64,000 nt of DNA from Candidatus Levybacteria bacterium CG2_30_37_29 (GTDB taxonomy: Bacteria; Patescibacteriota; Microgenomatia; Levybacterales; GWA1-39-11). Below are positions 31,843 through 41,937 of the stretch, piece after piece; the first letter of the stretch is position 1; the number at the start of each line of letters is the position of its first letter. The notes under the pieces were generated by a model. The model was not told the DNA's origin. It did not search any database and worked only from the letters and a program-made list of their open reading frames with translations. The translations under genes were made by a program, and so were the position numbers. The DNA lies in the NCBI GenBank assembly GCA_001873215.1, contig MNYS01000008.1, positions 66,657 to 130,656 on the forward strand, in the 5' to 3' direction.

Positions 31843-33174
31843 TTAATTTGCTTCCACGGCGCCCTGGGAGTGTTCTACATTATAAAACCTGATGCGGTCT
31901 CCGCGGAAAAGAAGCTCTTTTTCACCTACCGGTCCGTTTCTATGCTTTGCAACAAGAATATTTACAATACGCTGTACTGTAAATTCTTCATCCCTTGAAT
32001 ACAAAAACATTACAACATCGGCATCCTGCTCTATTGCTCCCGATTCACGAAGATCTGCCAATTGCGGTTTTCGCTCGCCTCTATGCTCTACTGCACGGGA
32101 AAGCTGAGAAACGGCAATTACGGGAATTTTTAATTCGCGAGCTAAGTTTTTCAAACTCTGGGAAACATATGATACTTCCTGAACTCTATTTTCAAATCTC
32201 CTTCCCGGATTTGCAAGCTGCATATAGTCAACTATTAATAACTTTACTTCATGTTCTGACTGGAGACGGCGCGCCTTGGTGCGGATTTCGGCAATTGAAA
32301 TTCCTGGAGTGTCATCAATAAAAATCGGCGCTTCCGCAAGTTCTCCCATTGCTGAAGAAAGTTTTTCAAAATCATCTTCTGAAAGATTTCCGGTTTTTAA
32401 TTTCCAAGCATCAATATTTGCTTGGGAAATTAAAAGTCGGTCAACGAGTTCCTCTTTGCTCATTTCCAAAGAAAAAATACCAACAGGAATTTTGGAGTTG
32501 ACTGCTATAAATTGCGCAATGTTTATGACAAATGCGGTCTTTCCCTGTCCGGGACGCGCCGCCAAAACAATTAAATTTGAATCCTGAAGACCTGAAAGAA
32601 GAAGATCCAAATCTACAAATCCTGTTTCAAGACCCCTTAATCTTCCACCGCTTTTATGAAGCTCGTCAAGCTTGTCAAAGCTTTGCGCAAGAGCATCTTT
32701 TACGTGTATGAATCCTTGTTTTATGTGTTCTTGGGATATTTTATAAATATTCTGCTCAGCCTTGTCCAGCAATTCCTCCGATTCAACATTGTCCTCAAAA
32801 GACATGTCGGTAATTTGTCCGGATAAAGATATAAGCATCCGCCGAACATATGTTTCTTTTAAAATAGCCGCATAGTGTTCGCTGTTTGCAGACGTTGGGA
32901 CGGCGTTTGCAAGAGATGTTAAAAAAGATGCTCCCCCAATTTTTTCGTAATTTTTTTTCTTTTTAAGAATTGTCGTGAGAGTTAATATATCGATTGGCTT
33001 TCTCTCTTCGTAAAGCTCAAGCATACAGTCAAAAATATTTTTATTGACTTCCGAATAAAAATAATCAGGCTTGAGCAACTGGGAAACGACCGTCATTGCC
33101 TCTTTATCTATAAGAATCGCTCCGAGTACTGCTTCTTCAGCATCGTAATTGTGAGGGGGAATCCGTGCTGCCAT
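31843..33174 (-). CDS. dnaB: Replicative DNA helicase
   Basis: PPHNYDAEEAVLG, AARPGQGKT, VDYMQL, DLRESGAIEQDAD, KHRNGP. Confidence 0.97.
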   Translation of the reverse strand: MAARIPPHNYDAEEAVLGAILIDKEAMTVVSQLLKPDYFYSEVNKNIFDCMLELYEERKPIDILTLTTILKKKKNYEKIGGASFLTSLANAVPTSANSEHYAAILKETYVRRMLISLSGQITDMSFEDNVESEELLDKAEQNIYKISQEHIKQGFIHVKDALAQSFDKLDELHKSGGRLRGLETGFVDLDLLLSGLQDSNLIVLAARPGQGKTAFVINIAQFIAVNSKIPVGIFSLEMSKEELVDRLLISQANIDAWKLKTGNLSEDDFEKLSSAMGELAEAPIFIDDTPGISIAEIRTKARRLQSEHEVKLLIVDYMQLANPGRRFENRVQEVSYVSQSLKNLARELKIPVIAVSQLSRAVEHRGERKPQLADLRESGAIEQDADVVMFLYSRDEEFTVQRIVNILVAKHRNGPVGEKELLFRGDRIRFYNVEHSQGAVEAN

Positions 33175-33184
33175 ATTTTTTACA

Positions 33185-33676
33185 TTATTTACCTAATATT
33201 ACGGTGAATTCTTTTAATTCTTCTATTTTTTTTAAATTTATTTTCTCTGTCTTTTTTATTGTTGTCGGGTCAAGACCTTCCTCACAAGAGTCACCATACA
33301 AAACTACAATTTCAGACGAGATTCCGGATAAAAGATTTTCTGTTACTTTTTCATCAATTCTCACAATCGCCGCCGTATACCCTTCCGTATCTTTCATGTC
33401 TGTTAACGAAGCAGTAGACCTGCCAAGAAGAATTTTTTGCGTGTCTTCGCTTATACTGTACAAAAGCGTTCCGTTTTCCATTATTCCTTTTATACTAACT
33501 CCGGAAATTTCATACTCACCAGGACCGTAAAATGCCATTTTATCGGTTGCTGGAATTTCTTTTTGAGAAAAGGCCAAAATTACATCACAATCAATCTTGC
33601 CAAAAGGAGGCGCAAGAAATGTAACTTCTTTTGTTTTTATTTTTAAGCCTTCTTTTGGCAAAAATTGAATTTCCAT
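33185..33676 (-). CDS. Truncated MBL-fold-like protein
   Basis: GPGEYEISGVSIKGI motif; metal-binding histidines not evident. Confidence 0.65.
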   Translation of the reverse strand: MEIQFLPKEGLKIKTKEVTFLAPPFGKIDCDVILAFSQKEIPATDKMAFYGPGEYEISGVSIKGIMENGTLLYSISEDTQKILLGRSTASLTDMKDTEGYTAAIVRIDEKVTENLLSGISSEIVVLYGDSCEEGLDPTTIKKTEKINLKKIEELKEFTVILGK

Positions 33677-33782
33677 GTTTTTTTATTTTTTTAAGAATCT
33701 TTTCGGAAGTATCATAGGATAACATATTGCCGGCTTTCTTGACAAGAACCACAATTTATCCTATCATAGCAGGACACCCAAT

Positions 33783-34205
33783 ATGAAAGAGAGGATTGTT
33801 ATAGTCTTTATTGCCGTGGCCCTAGGTCTTTTTGTAACTACCGTAGGATACCTTTTGTACCAACAAACTAAAGTCATTCCAAAAAATTTGGCAGGAACCA
33901 CTACCCAAATAATTGTTACTCCTACCCTGGCAGATAAATATTTTCTTTCTGTTGAAGAACCTACAAACGAAAGCATTTCCAGCAAAAGAACAGTTGTTGT
34001 AAAAGGCAAAACAAACCCGGAAAATACTCTCGTTGTTTCAACAAATCAAGAAGATCAAGTCGCTACTCCTACTCGCGACGGAAGTTTCTCCATAACGACT
34101 GCAATTGATACCGGTGTTAATAAAATTGTGACTCGTAGTATTGCACCAGACGGTGAGGAAAAAATCGATACACGTATTTTGACATTTTCCCAGGAGGATT
34201 TTTAG
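33783..34205 (+). CDS. Membrane-anchored Ig-like domain protein
   Basis: N-terminal TM; VKGKT.P, GSFS, GVNKI beta-sandwich pattern. Confidence 0.75.
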   Translation: MKERIVIVFIAVALGLFVTTVGYLLYQQTKVIPKNLAGTTTQIIVTPTLADKYFLSVEEPTNESISSKRTVVVKGKTNPENTLVVSTNQEDQVATPTRDGSFSITTAIDTGVNKIVTRSIAPDGEEKIDTRILTFSQEDF

Positions 34206-34206
34206 C

Positions 34207-35031
34207 ATGAAAAGAATTATAAACATAGTCTCATTTATTTTTATAACAATTGTATTTTTAAAGGCAACTATTTCTGTATTTGCAATAACTCCCACACCAA
34301 CTTCTAAACCAAAAACTTCTCCAAATCCTACTACAAGTCCAACTGACGCACAAGACCTTGACCGTATCAAAAAAATAAAAGATCTGGTCGCATCAAAAGT
34401 AGCGGAATTAAAATTAGTTGAAAAACGAGGAATTTTAGGAATTGTAAAAGAAGCAAATAGTACACAAATAACAATTACGGACATCAAGGACGCTATACGA
34501 ATAATAGACATAGATGAACTCACGAAATTTCAAAAAGACAGCGGTACAACTTCTTTCGGAATATCAGATATTAAAAATGGAGCAAGCATTTCTTTTATAG
34601 GACTCTATAATAAAGAAACAAAAAGGCTTCTTGCGCGTTTTGTAGCAAAATCAGTATCGATACCTCTATCTTTTGAAGGAATCGTTACGTCAAAAGATAC
34701 AAAAAAATTTATATTTACTCTAATCGATGACAGTGGGAATAAAAAAATAGCCGATGTTTCTTCTTCTACAAAAACGAGTTTTTATACAAAAGCAGATGGA
34801 ACAACAAAATCCGGATTTTCAAAAGTAGAAATTGGTCAAAGAATGGTAGTTATAGGATTTGCAGATCTTAAAGATAAAGATACTATAAATTCCGAGCGCA
34901 TTATTTATTTTAACGTAGATGATGTTCCGCCTTCAGCTAACATGAAAAAACAGCAAGAAATAGCAAATCTTGATACAAATCCACCTGTTTCATCCGGAAG
35001 CGGAGTAAAAATTCAACCAATTAAAAAGTAA
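34207..35031 (+). CDS. Exported hypothetical protein with repeated OB-like (DUF5666-like) domains
   Basis: Signal peptide, TP linker, two repeats ending SDIKNGASI and SKVEIGQRM. Confidence 0.7.
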   Translation: MKRIINIVSFIFITIVFLKATISVFAITPTPTSKPKTSPNPTTSPTDAQDLDRIKKIKDLVASKVAELKLVEKRGILGIVKEANSTQITITDIKDAIRIIDIDELTKFQKDSGTTSFGISDIKNGASISFIGLYNKETKRLLARFVAKSVSIPLSFEGIVTSKDTKKFIFTLIDDSGNKKIADVSSSTKTSFYTKADGTTKSGFSKVEIGQRMVVIGFADLKDKDTINSERIIYFNVDDVPPSANMKKQQEIANLDTNPPVSSGSGVKIQPIKK

Positions 35032-35825
35032 TGACACAAGAAAGAAAATTTCTTTCCCTTGAAGAATTTCCGCCTTGCCCAAATTACCAATCTCCTTTTG
35101 ACGCAATTCCCGACGAAACATCACCGGAGTATCAAAATTTTTCAGGAAATGTGTCCCAAATACTTGAAGAATTAAATGCTGCGCATATAGGACCTGACAA
35201 TTTGCAAAACAGGATAACCAGAGTTGTACATCCCCCAAGACTTGTTTGGGCCGCAGTAAATTATAAAATCGCGAGTAAACTTCCGCGCCCTGAAGATTTT
35301 ATATTGCGCGCAACACAACTTGCCCTTGCATCATATGAAAACAAGCTTACACCCTCTTCTATTAAAGACTTTAGAAATTACAACCTTAGATTTTTTCCGG
35401 ATTTTTTGTCTTGCGATGTAAATCAAGTGCAAGATGTCGTAACTTGGGAAGCAAGCAAACCCAAATATTCCAAAAAGTCGGCACAAAATCTAATAAGAAA
35501 ATGCGGATATGGCGATCTTCTTTTTATTGCGATGGGGCAAGGAGGAATAGCCTGTGGAATGGATGTTTTTTTGCGCTACAAAGATTTTTCTTATGCAAAA
35601 AATTCCCTATTTTATACGGCAAGATTATCAATGCATAAAGTAAAAGATGAAAAACCACAGCTTGACGATAAAGAAATTAAATTTCTTAAAAAAGAAAAAA
35701 AAGGACGAAGAGTTGTGATTTTTGATGAAGATCTTTCAAGCGGATCAACAATTGAAAAAGCACAAGATTATTTCTATAGAATGTTTGACTATGAATTTCC
35801 GGAAATAGAAGTAAATTTCATTTAG
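35031..35825 (+). CDS. Phosphoribosyltransferase-like protein
   Basis: VVIFDEDLSSGST resembles the PRPP-binding loop. Confidence 0.6.
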   Translation: MTQERKFLSLEEFPPCPNYQSPFDAIPDETSPEYQNFSGNVSQILEELNAAHIGPDNLQNRITRVVHPPRLVWAAVNYKIASKLPRPEDFILRATQLALASYENKLTPSSIKDFRNYNLRFFPDFLSCDVNQVQDVVTWEASKPKYSKKSAQNLIRKCGYGDLLFIAMGQGGIACGMDVFLRYKDFSYAKNSLFYTARLSMHKVKDEKPQLDDKEIKFLKKEKKGRRVVIFDEDLSSGSTIEKAQDYFYRMFDYEFPEIEVNFI

Positions 35826-37207
35826 ATTTTTCTCAAAATCCTGCTTGAGTCTTTTGTGTCTTCCAAAACATATCCCATTCTTTCAATTTTTGCGCGGATA
35901 AGGTCTGCCGCATTGTATTTTCTATCTCGCCTTAGCTTCACTCTTTCAGAAACCATTTCCAGTACACCTTGGGGAATATTTACAAGCTCCAACGCTTTAT
36001 CTTTTATGGAAAGTCCCAAAACCTCATCCATTTTATAAAGACTTGCGGCGATTTGTCCTTTTGGATTTTTTGACCGGACCATCTCCCACAACACCGAAAC
36101 TGCTTGCGGCATATTCAAATCGTTATTGAGTGCATCTTCAAACTTCGCTTCAAATTTCAAAACTCCTCCTTGAGGATTTGGTAAGCTTGCTGCTGTTTCA
36201 TATAGTTTATCAAGTGCGGATTGCGCTGCCTCAAGTCCTTCCCATGTAAAATTCATTTTACTTCTGTAGTGCGTCATAAAAGTAAGATAACGGAAAGCAA
36301 GAGGTGAAAATTTTTTCTTTTCTAGGTCCTCAACCGTATAAACATATCTCTTGCTTCGCGACATTTTTTCACTATCCACAAGCAAAAAATTTGTGTGGGT
36401 CCAATGCTTTACAAACGGCTGACCGGATGCCGCCTCACTTTGTGCAATTTCGTCTTCATGGTGAGGAAATATTAAATCCTCTCCCCCTGTATGAATATCA
36501 AGTGTTAGCATTTGCAAAGTTTTTTGCGCCATAGCACTACACTCTATGTGCCAACCCGGAACACCCTGCCCCCACGGACTATCCCATTTCATAACGCGGT
36601 CAGGTTCTGCTTTTTTCCAAAGTGCAAAATCCGCGCTGTCATTTTTATCTGTCTCAACGGATACTCTTACTGCCTCCATAAGACTCTCCATTTTGTCAAG
36701 TGTATTTCCCGAAAGTTTCCCGTAGTCTTTAAATTTTTTGACATCAAAATAAACATTACCTTCGGCGATATATGCAAAGCCTTTTTCAAGAAGAACTTCT
36801 ATTAGCTCAATCATATCGCCAATGTGATCTGTCGCCCTTGGATAAAAATCGGCCGGAATAATTCCAACTTTTTTTGCGTCTTTTAAAAATATATCTGTAT
36901 ACTTTCTGGAAATTTCAAGAGGACTTTTTCCTGTTTCTTTTGCTTCCTGCATAACAGGATCAATTACTTTATTAATGTCGCTTGAAAAACGGAAATGACC
37001 TACGTCTGTAATATTCATAACAGAGGTAACATCATACCCTTGCGCCTTTAATGTTCGAACTAAAATATCGGATGTAATATAAGTTCTCAAATTTCCAATA
37101 TGTATTTCGCGGTAAACCGTGGGGCCGCAAGTATACATATTGACCTTTTTATCGTTAAGCGGAACAAACTCTTCAATTGTTCGGGAAAGGGTATTATATA
37201 GTTTCAT
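35822..37207 (-). CDS. cysS: Cysteine--tRNA ligase
   Basis: MYTCGPTVY, HIGN, DFALWK, PGWHIECSAM, KMSRS. Confidence 0.96.
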   Translation of the reverse strand: MKLYNTLSRTIEEFVPLNDKKVNMYTCGPTVYREIHIGNLRTYITSDILVRTLKAQGYDVTSVMNITDVGHFRFSSDINKVIDPVMQEAKETGKSPLEISRKYTDIFLKDAKKVGIIPADFYPRATDHIGDMIELIEVLLEKGFAYIAEGNVYFDVKKFKDYGKLSGNTLDKMESLMEAVRVSVETDKNDSADFALWKKAEPDRVMKWDSPWGQGVPGWHIECSAMAQKTLQMLTLDIHTGGEDLIFPHHEDEIAQSEAASGQPFVKHWTHTNFLLVDSEKMSRSKRYVYTVEDLEKKKFSPLAFRYLTFMTHYRSKMNFTWEGLEAAQSALDKLYETAASLPNPQGGVLKFEAKFEDALNNDLNMPQAVSVLWEMVRSKNPKGQIAASLYKMDEVLGLSIKDKALELVNIPQGVLEMVSERVKLRRDRKYNAADLIRAKIERMGYVLEDTKDSSRILRKI

Positions 37208-37253
37208 AATGGAATTGTATCAGACTTGAGGGTAGTCGACAATAAAGAACAAT

Positions 37254-38699
37254 CTATGCTAAGATTTTTACCTTGCATTTAGCAATAGTGATATCTGTTA
37301 TTTCTGCGGATTTACCAAGATACGTTCTTGGTGTTTGTGAAAGAATTTTTGCTATCAACTCATCGGTTACTCCGGGAAGGCTCCTAACTATTTGCTCCCA
37401 CTTCTCTTTTGTATCAACTTTTACTCCTCTAACCCTATCTTTTAATGTCATGTATGCATTGTCGTATCCTGCGCGACGCAATGTCTGCTGTGCAAATTCA
37501 GACATAACAGCCCAGTTTGAATCAAGAGCAAGTCCTATTACATCAGTATCCGGATAGACTTTTTTAAGACCGGTAAGCGCGTTTTTGTAAGAAATTAATG
37601 AGGTTGCATAAACATTCGGCATAATATATCTTCTTAGAGCACTGTCGGAAAGATCCCTTTGCAGGCGAGAAATCGGAAGTTCGCGTACAAATATATCTAC
37701 ATTTCCGCTTGAAAGTTCTGTGTGCGCCTCACTATTTTCAAGTTGTATCGGATTTACTTTTTGAGCCATCGTTGAAGACCCTGTTGCCGTTTTAATTATT
37801 TCCTGAGCAAGCCAGTCATCGCTAATATATCTCCACATGTCCTGATCCATATCTCTGACAACATTATTGATTCTTTGCACAATTTGAATTCTTTCAAGTA
37901 TGTCTTCATACGGATTTGTTTGCGTCGTCGCAAGCTTATAATCAAGACCAAGACTTCTCACAAATTTTTCAGAAAAATCAATCCAATCTACATCTGGCAT
38001 TGTTGCAGTATGCGCCGAGAACACTCCTACTGCACCGTTTAATTTTCCTTTTAATTTTTGATTTTCAAGTTTTTCTACTTCATCTTCAATTCTTTCCGCA
38101 AATACCGCAAATTCGTGTCCATAAGTCACCGGCAGCGCGTCTTGTCCATGAGTTCTTCCCTCAACAGGAAGCTCTTTGTACTGCTCTGCTTTATTTAAAA
38201 GATTATCAACAATTCCTTCTGCTGCCGGAATATAAATATTTTCTGTTAACCTTTGAATATTAAGTCTTAGGGCAAGATTATCTACATCCTCTGAAGTAAG
38301 GGAGAAATGAATCATCTCCGAAAGATCTTCAAGGGATATCCCTTTAAATCTTTCTTTCATCCAAAGCTCTACCGCTTTAAGATCGTGATCGGTACCTCCG
38401 GGTGATTTTTCTATATATTTTATTCTTCTACCGTCAGCAAGAGTGAGTCTTGGACCAAGTTTTTCAAGAAATACACGTTCTTTTTGACTCATGTTTCTAA
38501 TAACTCCGTAGTCGGAAAGAGCTACAAGATATTTTGCTTCTACTTCAACGCGGACTGACATAGTAGCGAGCTCTGAGGAATATTGACGGATAGGCTTTGA
38601 TTCTTCGGCATATCGCCCGTCAAGCGGAGAAACGGCTGTCAAAGGATCTAATCTATCAAATGATCTTCTTGCCAATGCTGGTCTTTCAGGTCCTGCCAT
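37254..38699 (-). CDS. purB: Adenylosuccinate lyase
   Basis: LTAVSPLDGRY, HFSLTSED, RTHGQ, GSSTMAQKVNPI, SRLQRDLSD; start moved to ATG 38699. Confidence 0.92.
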   Translation of the reverse strand: MAGPERPALARRSFDRLDPLTAVSPLDGRYAEESKPIRQYSSELATMSVRVEVEAKYLVALSDYGVIRNMSQKERVFLEKLGPRLTLADGRRIKYIEKSPGGTDHDLKAVELWMKERFKGISLEDLSEMIHFSLTSEDVDNLALRLNIQRLTENIYIPAAEGIVDNLLNKAEQYKELPVEGRTHGQDALPVTYGHEFAVFAERIEDEVEKLENQKLKGKLNGAVGVFSAHTATMPDVDWIDFSEKFVRSLGLDYKLATTQTNPYEDILERIQIVQRINNVVRDMDQDMWRYISDDWLAQEIIKTATGSSTMAQKVNPIQLENSEAHTELSSGNVDIFVRELPISRLQRDLSDSALRRYIMPNVYATSLISYKNALTGLKKVYPDTDVIGLALDSNWAVMSEFAQQTLRRAGYDNAYMTLKDRVRGVKVDTKEKWEQIVRSLPGVTDELIAKILSQTPRTYLGKSAEITDITIAKCKVKILA

Positions 38700-38750
38700 A
38701 CAATAAAACGCATTATACACAAGAGGCTTGAAACAATGCAATGAGGGAAT

Positions 38751-40064
38751 TTATTTAACTAATTCTTTTATTGCTTCCTGGAGCTGGTTGTCAAAATCCT
38801 GCCTGCCGGCAGGCAGGTTGCTAGGGTCTGCGCTTTTTGTCGCATCAAACTCCACTTTTACATCAGGTTCCAATCCTGTCTTGTTAACCCATGTCCCATT
38901 TGGAGTAAGCCATTTTGCAATTGAATAATGAAGCGATGCACCACCATCAACATCAAGCGCCTGCTGAACTGTGCCCTTCCCGAATGTTTTCTCCCCAATT
39001 AATTTTGTATTAATACGCTCGCGCAGCGCACCCGCAACGATTTCAGATGCAGAAGCTGATCCTTTATTTACAAGTACTACCACAGGAATATCTGTTAATA
39101 AACCCTTACGAGAGACAGAAAGGTTTTCTTTTGATCCTACCCCATCTTCTTGAGTAACCACTACCCCATCTTTCAAAAATTCAGACGCAATAAATACGGC
39201 ATCATTTAAATATCCTCCTGGATTATTTCTCACGTCAAGAATAATTCCTTTGAAATTATTTTCTTTTTTAATCTGTGGGAAAAGCGAGTTTACAAGCTCA
39301 AGCCATTCATCATTTGTTTTATCTCCAAACTGAGAAAGCCGCATATAGGCAACACTTGCGCAATTAGCACAATCGGTTTTCTCTTCGCATGAATTATTTG
39401 AACAGGCAACTTTTTTTACCCACCCTTTAACGCTTTTTATTGTGATCGTATTTCTCACTATTGTAATATCTGTTATTTGTGTAGTTTTTGCGTGTTGAAC
39501 ACCAAGAGTAACAGATGATCCTTTTGGTCCACGAATTTTGTCAACTGCCTGCGCCACTGTCCATCCGGACATATCTTCATTGTTAACCCTAACTATTATG
39601 TCGCCTGTTTTTATTCCTGCTTTCTCGGCAGGTGATCCATCAAGAGGAGAAACTACCATTATTTTATTGTCGGGTGAAAGAGAAAGCTCGGCTCCTATTC
39701 CTGAAAATTCTCCAGCGAGTTGGGTTTTAAAATCACTATTTTGCTTGGGAGGGAAAAATGACGTATACGGATCATCAAGGCTTGATAACATTCCAGTTAT
39801 CGCGCCGTAAAGCATTTTTTTGGGATTAATTTTTGTCTTGTCATAATATTCCGTATTTATTTTATCAAGAACCGTGAAAAAAACCGACATATCAAGGATT
39901 TGTCCTGCAGGAGGAGTTGCCGGCTTTACTGAAACAACAGGAGAATATTTTTTCCACTGAAGACTAACTTTATTTGTCCCGTAAAAATATCCGACTAGAG
40001 ACGCAATAAGAATAATTAAAATTACCTGTAATCCGCTTAGGGAAACGTTTTTTTTCATTATCAA
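38751..40064 (-). CDS. ctpA: S41 carboxy-terminal processing protease
   Basis: DDPYT, PDZ GIGAEL, LDVRNNPGG, SASASE, TFGKG. Confidence 0.93.
   Translation of the reverse strand: MIMKKNVSLSGLQVILIILIASLVGYFYGTNKVSLQWKKYSPVVSVKPATPPAGQILDMSVFFTVLDKINTEYYDKTKINPKKMLYGAITGMLSSLDDPYTSFFPPKQNSDFKTQLAGEFSGIGAELSLSPDNKIMVVSPLDGSPAEKAGIKTGDIIVRVNNEDMSGWTVAQAVDKIRGPKGSSVTLGVQHAKTTQITDITIVRNTITIKSVKGWVKKVACSNNSCEEKTDCANCASVAYMRLSQFGDKTNDEWLELVNSLFPQIKKENNFKGIILDVRNNPGGYLNDAVFIASEFLKDGVVVTQEDGVGSKENLSVSRKGLLTDIPVVVLVNKGSASASEIVAGALRERINTKLIGEKTFGKGTVQQALDVDGGASLHYSIAKWLTPNGTWVNKTGLEPDVKVEFDATKSADPSNLPAGRQDFDNQLQEAIKELVK
38798..38817. repeat. Perfect 20 bp palindrome inside ctpA (encodes LPAGRQ)
   Basis: CCTGCCTGCCGGCAGGCAGG. 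Confidence 0.9.
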
Positions 40065-40078
40065 ATTATGCCTTGACT

Positions 40079-40333
40079 TTAATCCGGTCGAACAACGAAA
40101 GGAAGAAGGGCAAGATATCGGGCGCGCTTAATTTCTATTGTTACGCGTCGCTGATGCTTAGCGCATGCTCCGCTTTTTGACCTAGGGTGAATTTTTCCTC
40201 TTTCACTTGTAAATCGGGATAAAACTTCGCTTGTTAAAAAGGACGGTTCCTTTTTTTCCTTACAAAAAAAGCACGCTTTTGGCGCTTCCTTAATCCTTGA
40301 TTTTCTTGCTGTTTTTACGTCTTTCTTTTTCAT
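40079..40333 (-). CDS. rpsR: 30S ribosomal protein S18
   Basis: CFFC, ERGKI.PR, CAKHQR, IKRARYLALLPF. Confidence 0.95.
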   Translation of the reverse strand: MKKKDVKTARKSRIKEAPKACFFCKEKKEPSFLTSEVLSRFTSERGKIHPRSKSGACAKHQRRVTIEIKRARYLALLPFVVRPD

Positions 40334-40359
40334 AATTTGTTTAAACTAAACCCTAAAAC

Positions 40360-40860
40360 CTAAAACGGTATATCGTCCGGATTTATGTCTTCTTCGTTTT
40401 TCACTTCTGGTTTTTCATCCTCGTTGGGACTTTTAGTACTTTTTTTTGCGGGCTTTGCTTCTTCTGCTTCCGACTCGGCAGTAACACTTGGCTTTACTGG
40501 CTCTTCTTCTTTCTCACCATGGTCACGCCTACTATCAAGAATAAGCATATCGTTTATGACAATCTCTGTTGTTGTTTTTTGCGTCCCGTCTTGCCCTGTC
40601 CAACTTCTATTTGCAATTCTTCCCTCAACATATACCTTTCTGCCTTTTGTAAGCAATTGTGAACAAAGCTCTGCCAATTTATTCCACGCAACAACTTTGT
40701 GAAAATCCACTTCTTCTCTTTTTTCTCCGGAATCAGTAACCCAACTTCTATTTGTCGCAACACTAAACGTACAAACAGCTGTTCCTTGCGGCGTGTATCG
40801 CAATTCAGGATCTCGCGTCAAATTTCCTATCAACTCTGCTCTGTTAAGACTTCTTGCCAT
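40360..40860 (-). CDS. ssb: Single-stranded DNA-binding protein
   Basis: LNRAELIGNLTRDPELRYT, C-terminal DDIPF. Confidence 0.97.
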   Translation of the reverse strand: MARSLNRAELIGNLTRDPELRYTPQGTAVCTFSVATNRSWVTDSGEKREEVDFHKVVAWNKLAELCSQLLTKGRKVYVEGRIANRSWTGQDGTQKTTTEIVINDMLILDSRRDHGEKEEEPVKPSVTAESEAEEAKPAKKSTKSPNEDEKPEVKNEEDINPDDIPF

Positions 40861-40862
40861 AT

Positions 40863-40921
40863 GCTTAGTTATTAGTTATTAGCGTCTAGCGTTTAGTTTA
40901 AAAACTAATCCCTAAACCCTA
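40863..40921. repeat. 7-mer repeat hairpin between rpsF and ssb
   Basis: TTAGTTA/TTAGCGT units then CTAATCC/CTAAACC units; related to 55875-55962. Confidence 0.75.
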
Positions 40922-40932
40922 TTTTTATTCTC

Positions 40933-41208
40933 TTAATTATCTCTTATTAGTAAATACCGTAGTATTGATTCATTCACTCTCAATCTGTTATCCAATTCCC
41001 CAGATACCTTATCGCTTTTAAATTCTATCAAAAAGTATTCGCCTTTTTGTTCGTGTTTTATTGTGTATGCAAGTCTTTTCTCGCCAAGACTGGTCATTTT
41101 ATCCGACTCGGTTTTACCAAGATATTTTTTTATATCTTCCAAAAGCTTATCTTTTTGCTCTTTTTTTAAATCACTTTTTAATAATAATACCAATTTATAG
41201 TCACGCAT
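40933..41208 (-). CDS. rpsF: 30S ribosomal protein S6
   Basis: MRDYKL, LGEKRLAYTIK..GEY, ILRYLLIR; rpsF-ssb-rpsR order; start moved to ATG 41208. Confidence 0.93.
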   Translation of the reverse strand: MRDYKLVLLLKSDLKKEQKDKLLEDIKKYLGKTESDKMTSLGEKRLAYTIKHEQKGEYFLIEFKSDKVSGELDNRLRVNESILRYLLIRDN

Positions 41209-41343
41209 ATATTTTTTCCAAAGATTTGTTAATGATATCAAAATCTCACCCATAAATACAAGGGGGAATGTAGCGGAAATTTGTTTGTAAAAATTATGTA
41301 TGTTTGATTTATTTATTTAAAGTAATTACAATTGTAAACAATC

Positions 41344-41901
41344 ATGCCGGCTCCAAAACTCGTACAACAAAGCGAAGAAAAAGCAAAAGAAATAATTTCC
41401 TCTGTTTCAAAACAGACGCTTAAAGCCGCGGAGGACGCAGGTCGTGAAGCATTTGCGCAAATGCTTGGAATTCCGCTTCCCGATAAAACAGTCAAACAAA
41501 TTCAGGAACAGGACGCAGCTACATCTGGCGCTCAAATTGCAGAAAGACAAAATGAATTAAGAACAATTGCAAACAACAATAAGCCTTCCGAGCAAATCAC
41601 TCCTGACCAAGCTGAAAGAACAAAACGGGATACGGGATTGACGCATGAAGAAGCGGAGGCAAGACTAAATTCAACACTTTTTCACCAAGCGCAACAGATG
41701 GGACAAACAGAAAAAAATGACCAGCAAAGACGCGAACAACAAAGAGAAAAAGAAGAAGAGGAAGAAAAATTGCGGAAAGAAAGAGAAGAACAAGAAAGAC
41801 TTTCGACTCCCATTTCTCTTCCCGGCGGAAAACGGGCAGGAATGAATCCAACACCGAATCGTGCCTCAACAGGAGAAAAGCTTAAAAACCGCGACGCATA
41901 A
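41344..41901 (+). CDS. Hypothetical Q/E-rich coiled-coil protein
   Basis: 185 aa charged helical ORF with TACAAT upstream. Confidence 0.8.
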   Translation: MPAPKLVQQSEEKAKEIISSVSKQTLKAAEDAGREAFAQMLGIPLPDKTVKQIQEQDAATSGAQIAERQNELRTIANNNKPSEQITPDQAERTKRDTGLTHEEAEARLNSTLFHQAQQMGQTEKNDQQRREQQREKEEEEEKLRKEREEQERLSTPISLPGGKRAGMNPTPNRASTGEKLKNRDA

Positions 41902-41937
41902 AAAGAAATTTTAATATTCTTGTGATAGAATACACGC

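Noticed and set aside
36353-36367. CysRS KMSRS instead of KMSKS
   Set aside because: Single conservative change in an otherwise intact enzyme; no sign of inactivation
40905-40921. CCCTAAA plant-telomere-like repeats (also near 55932)
   Set aside because: Only 2-3 degenerate units forming one arm of the 7-mer hairpins in clearly bacterial operons
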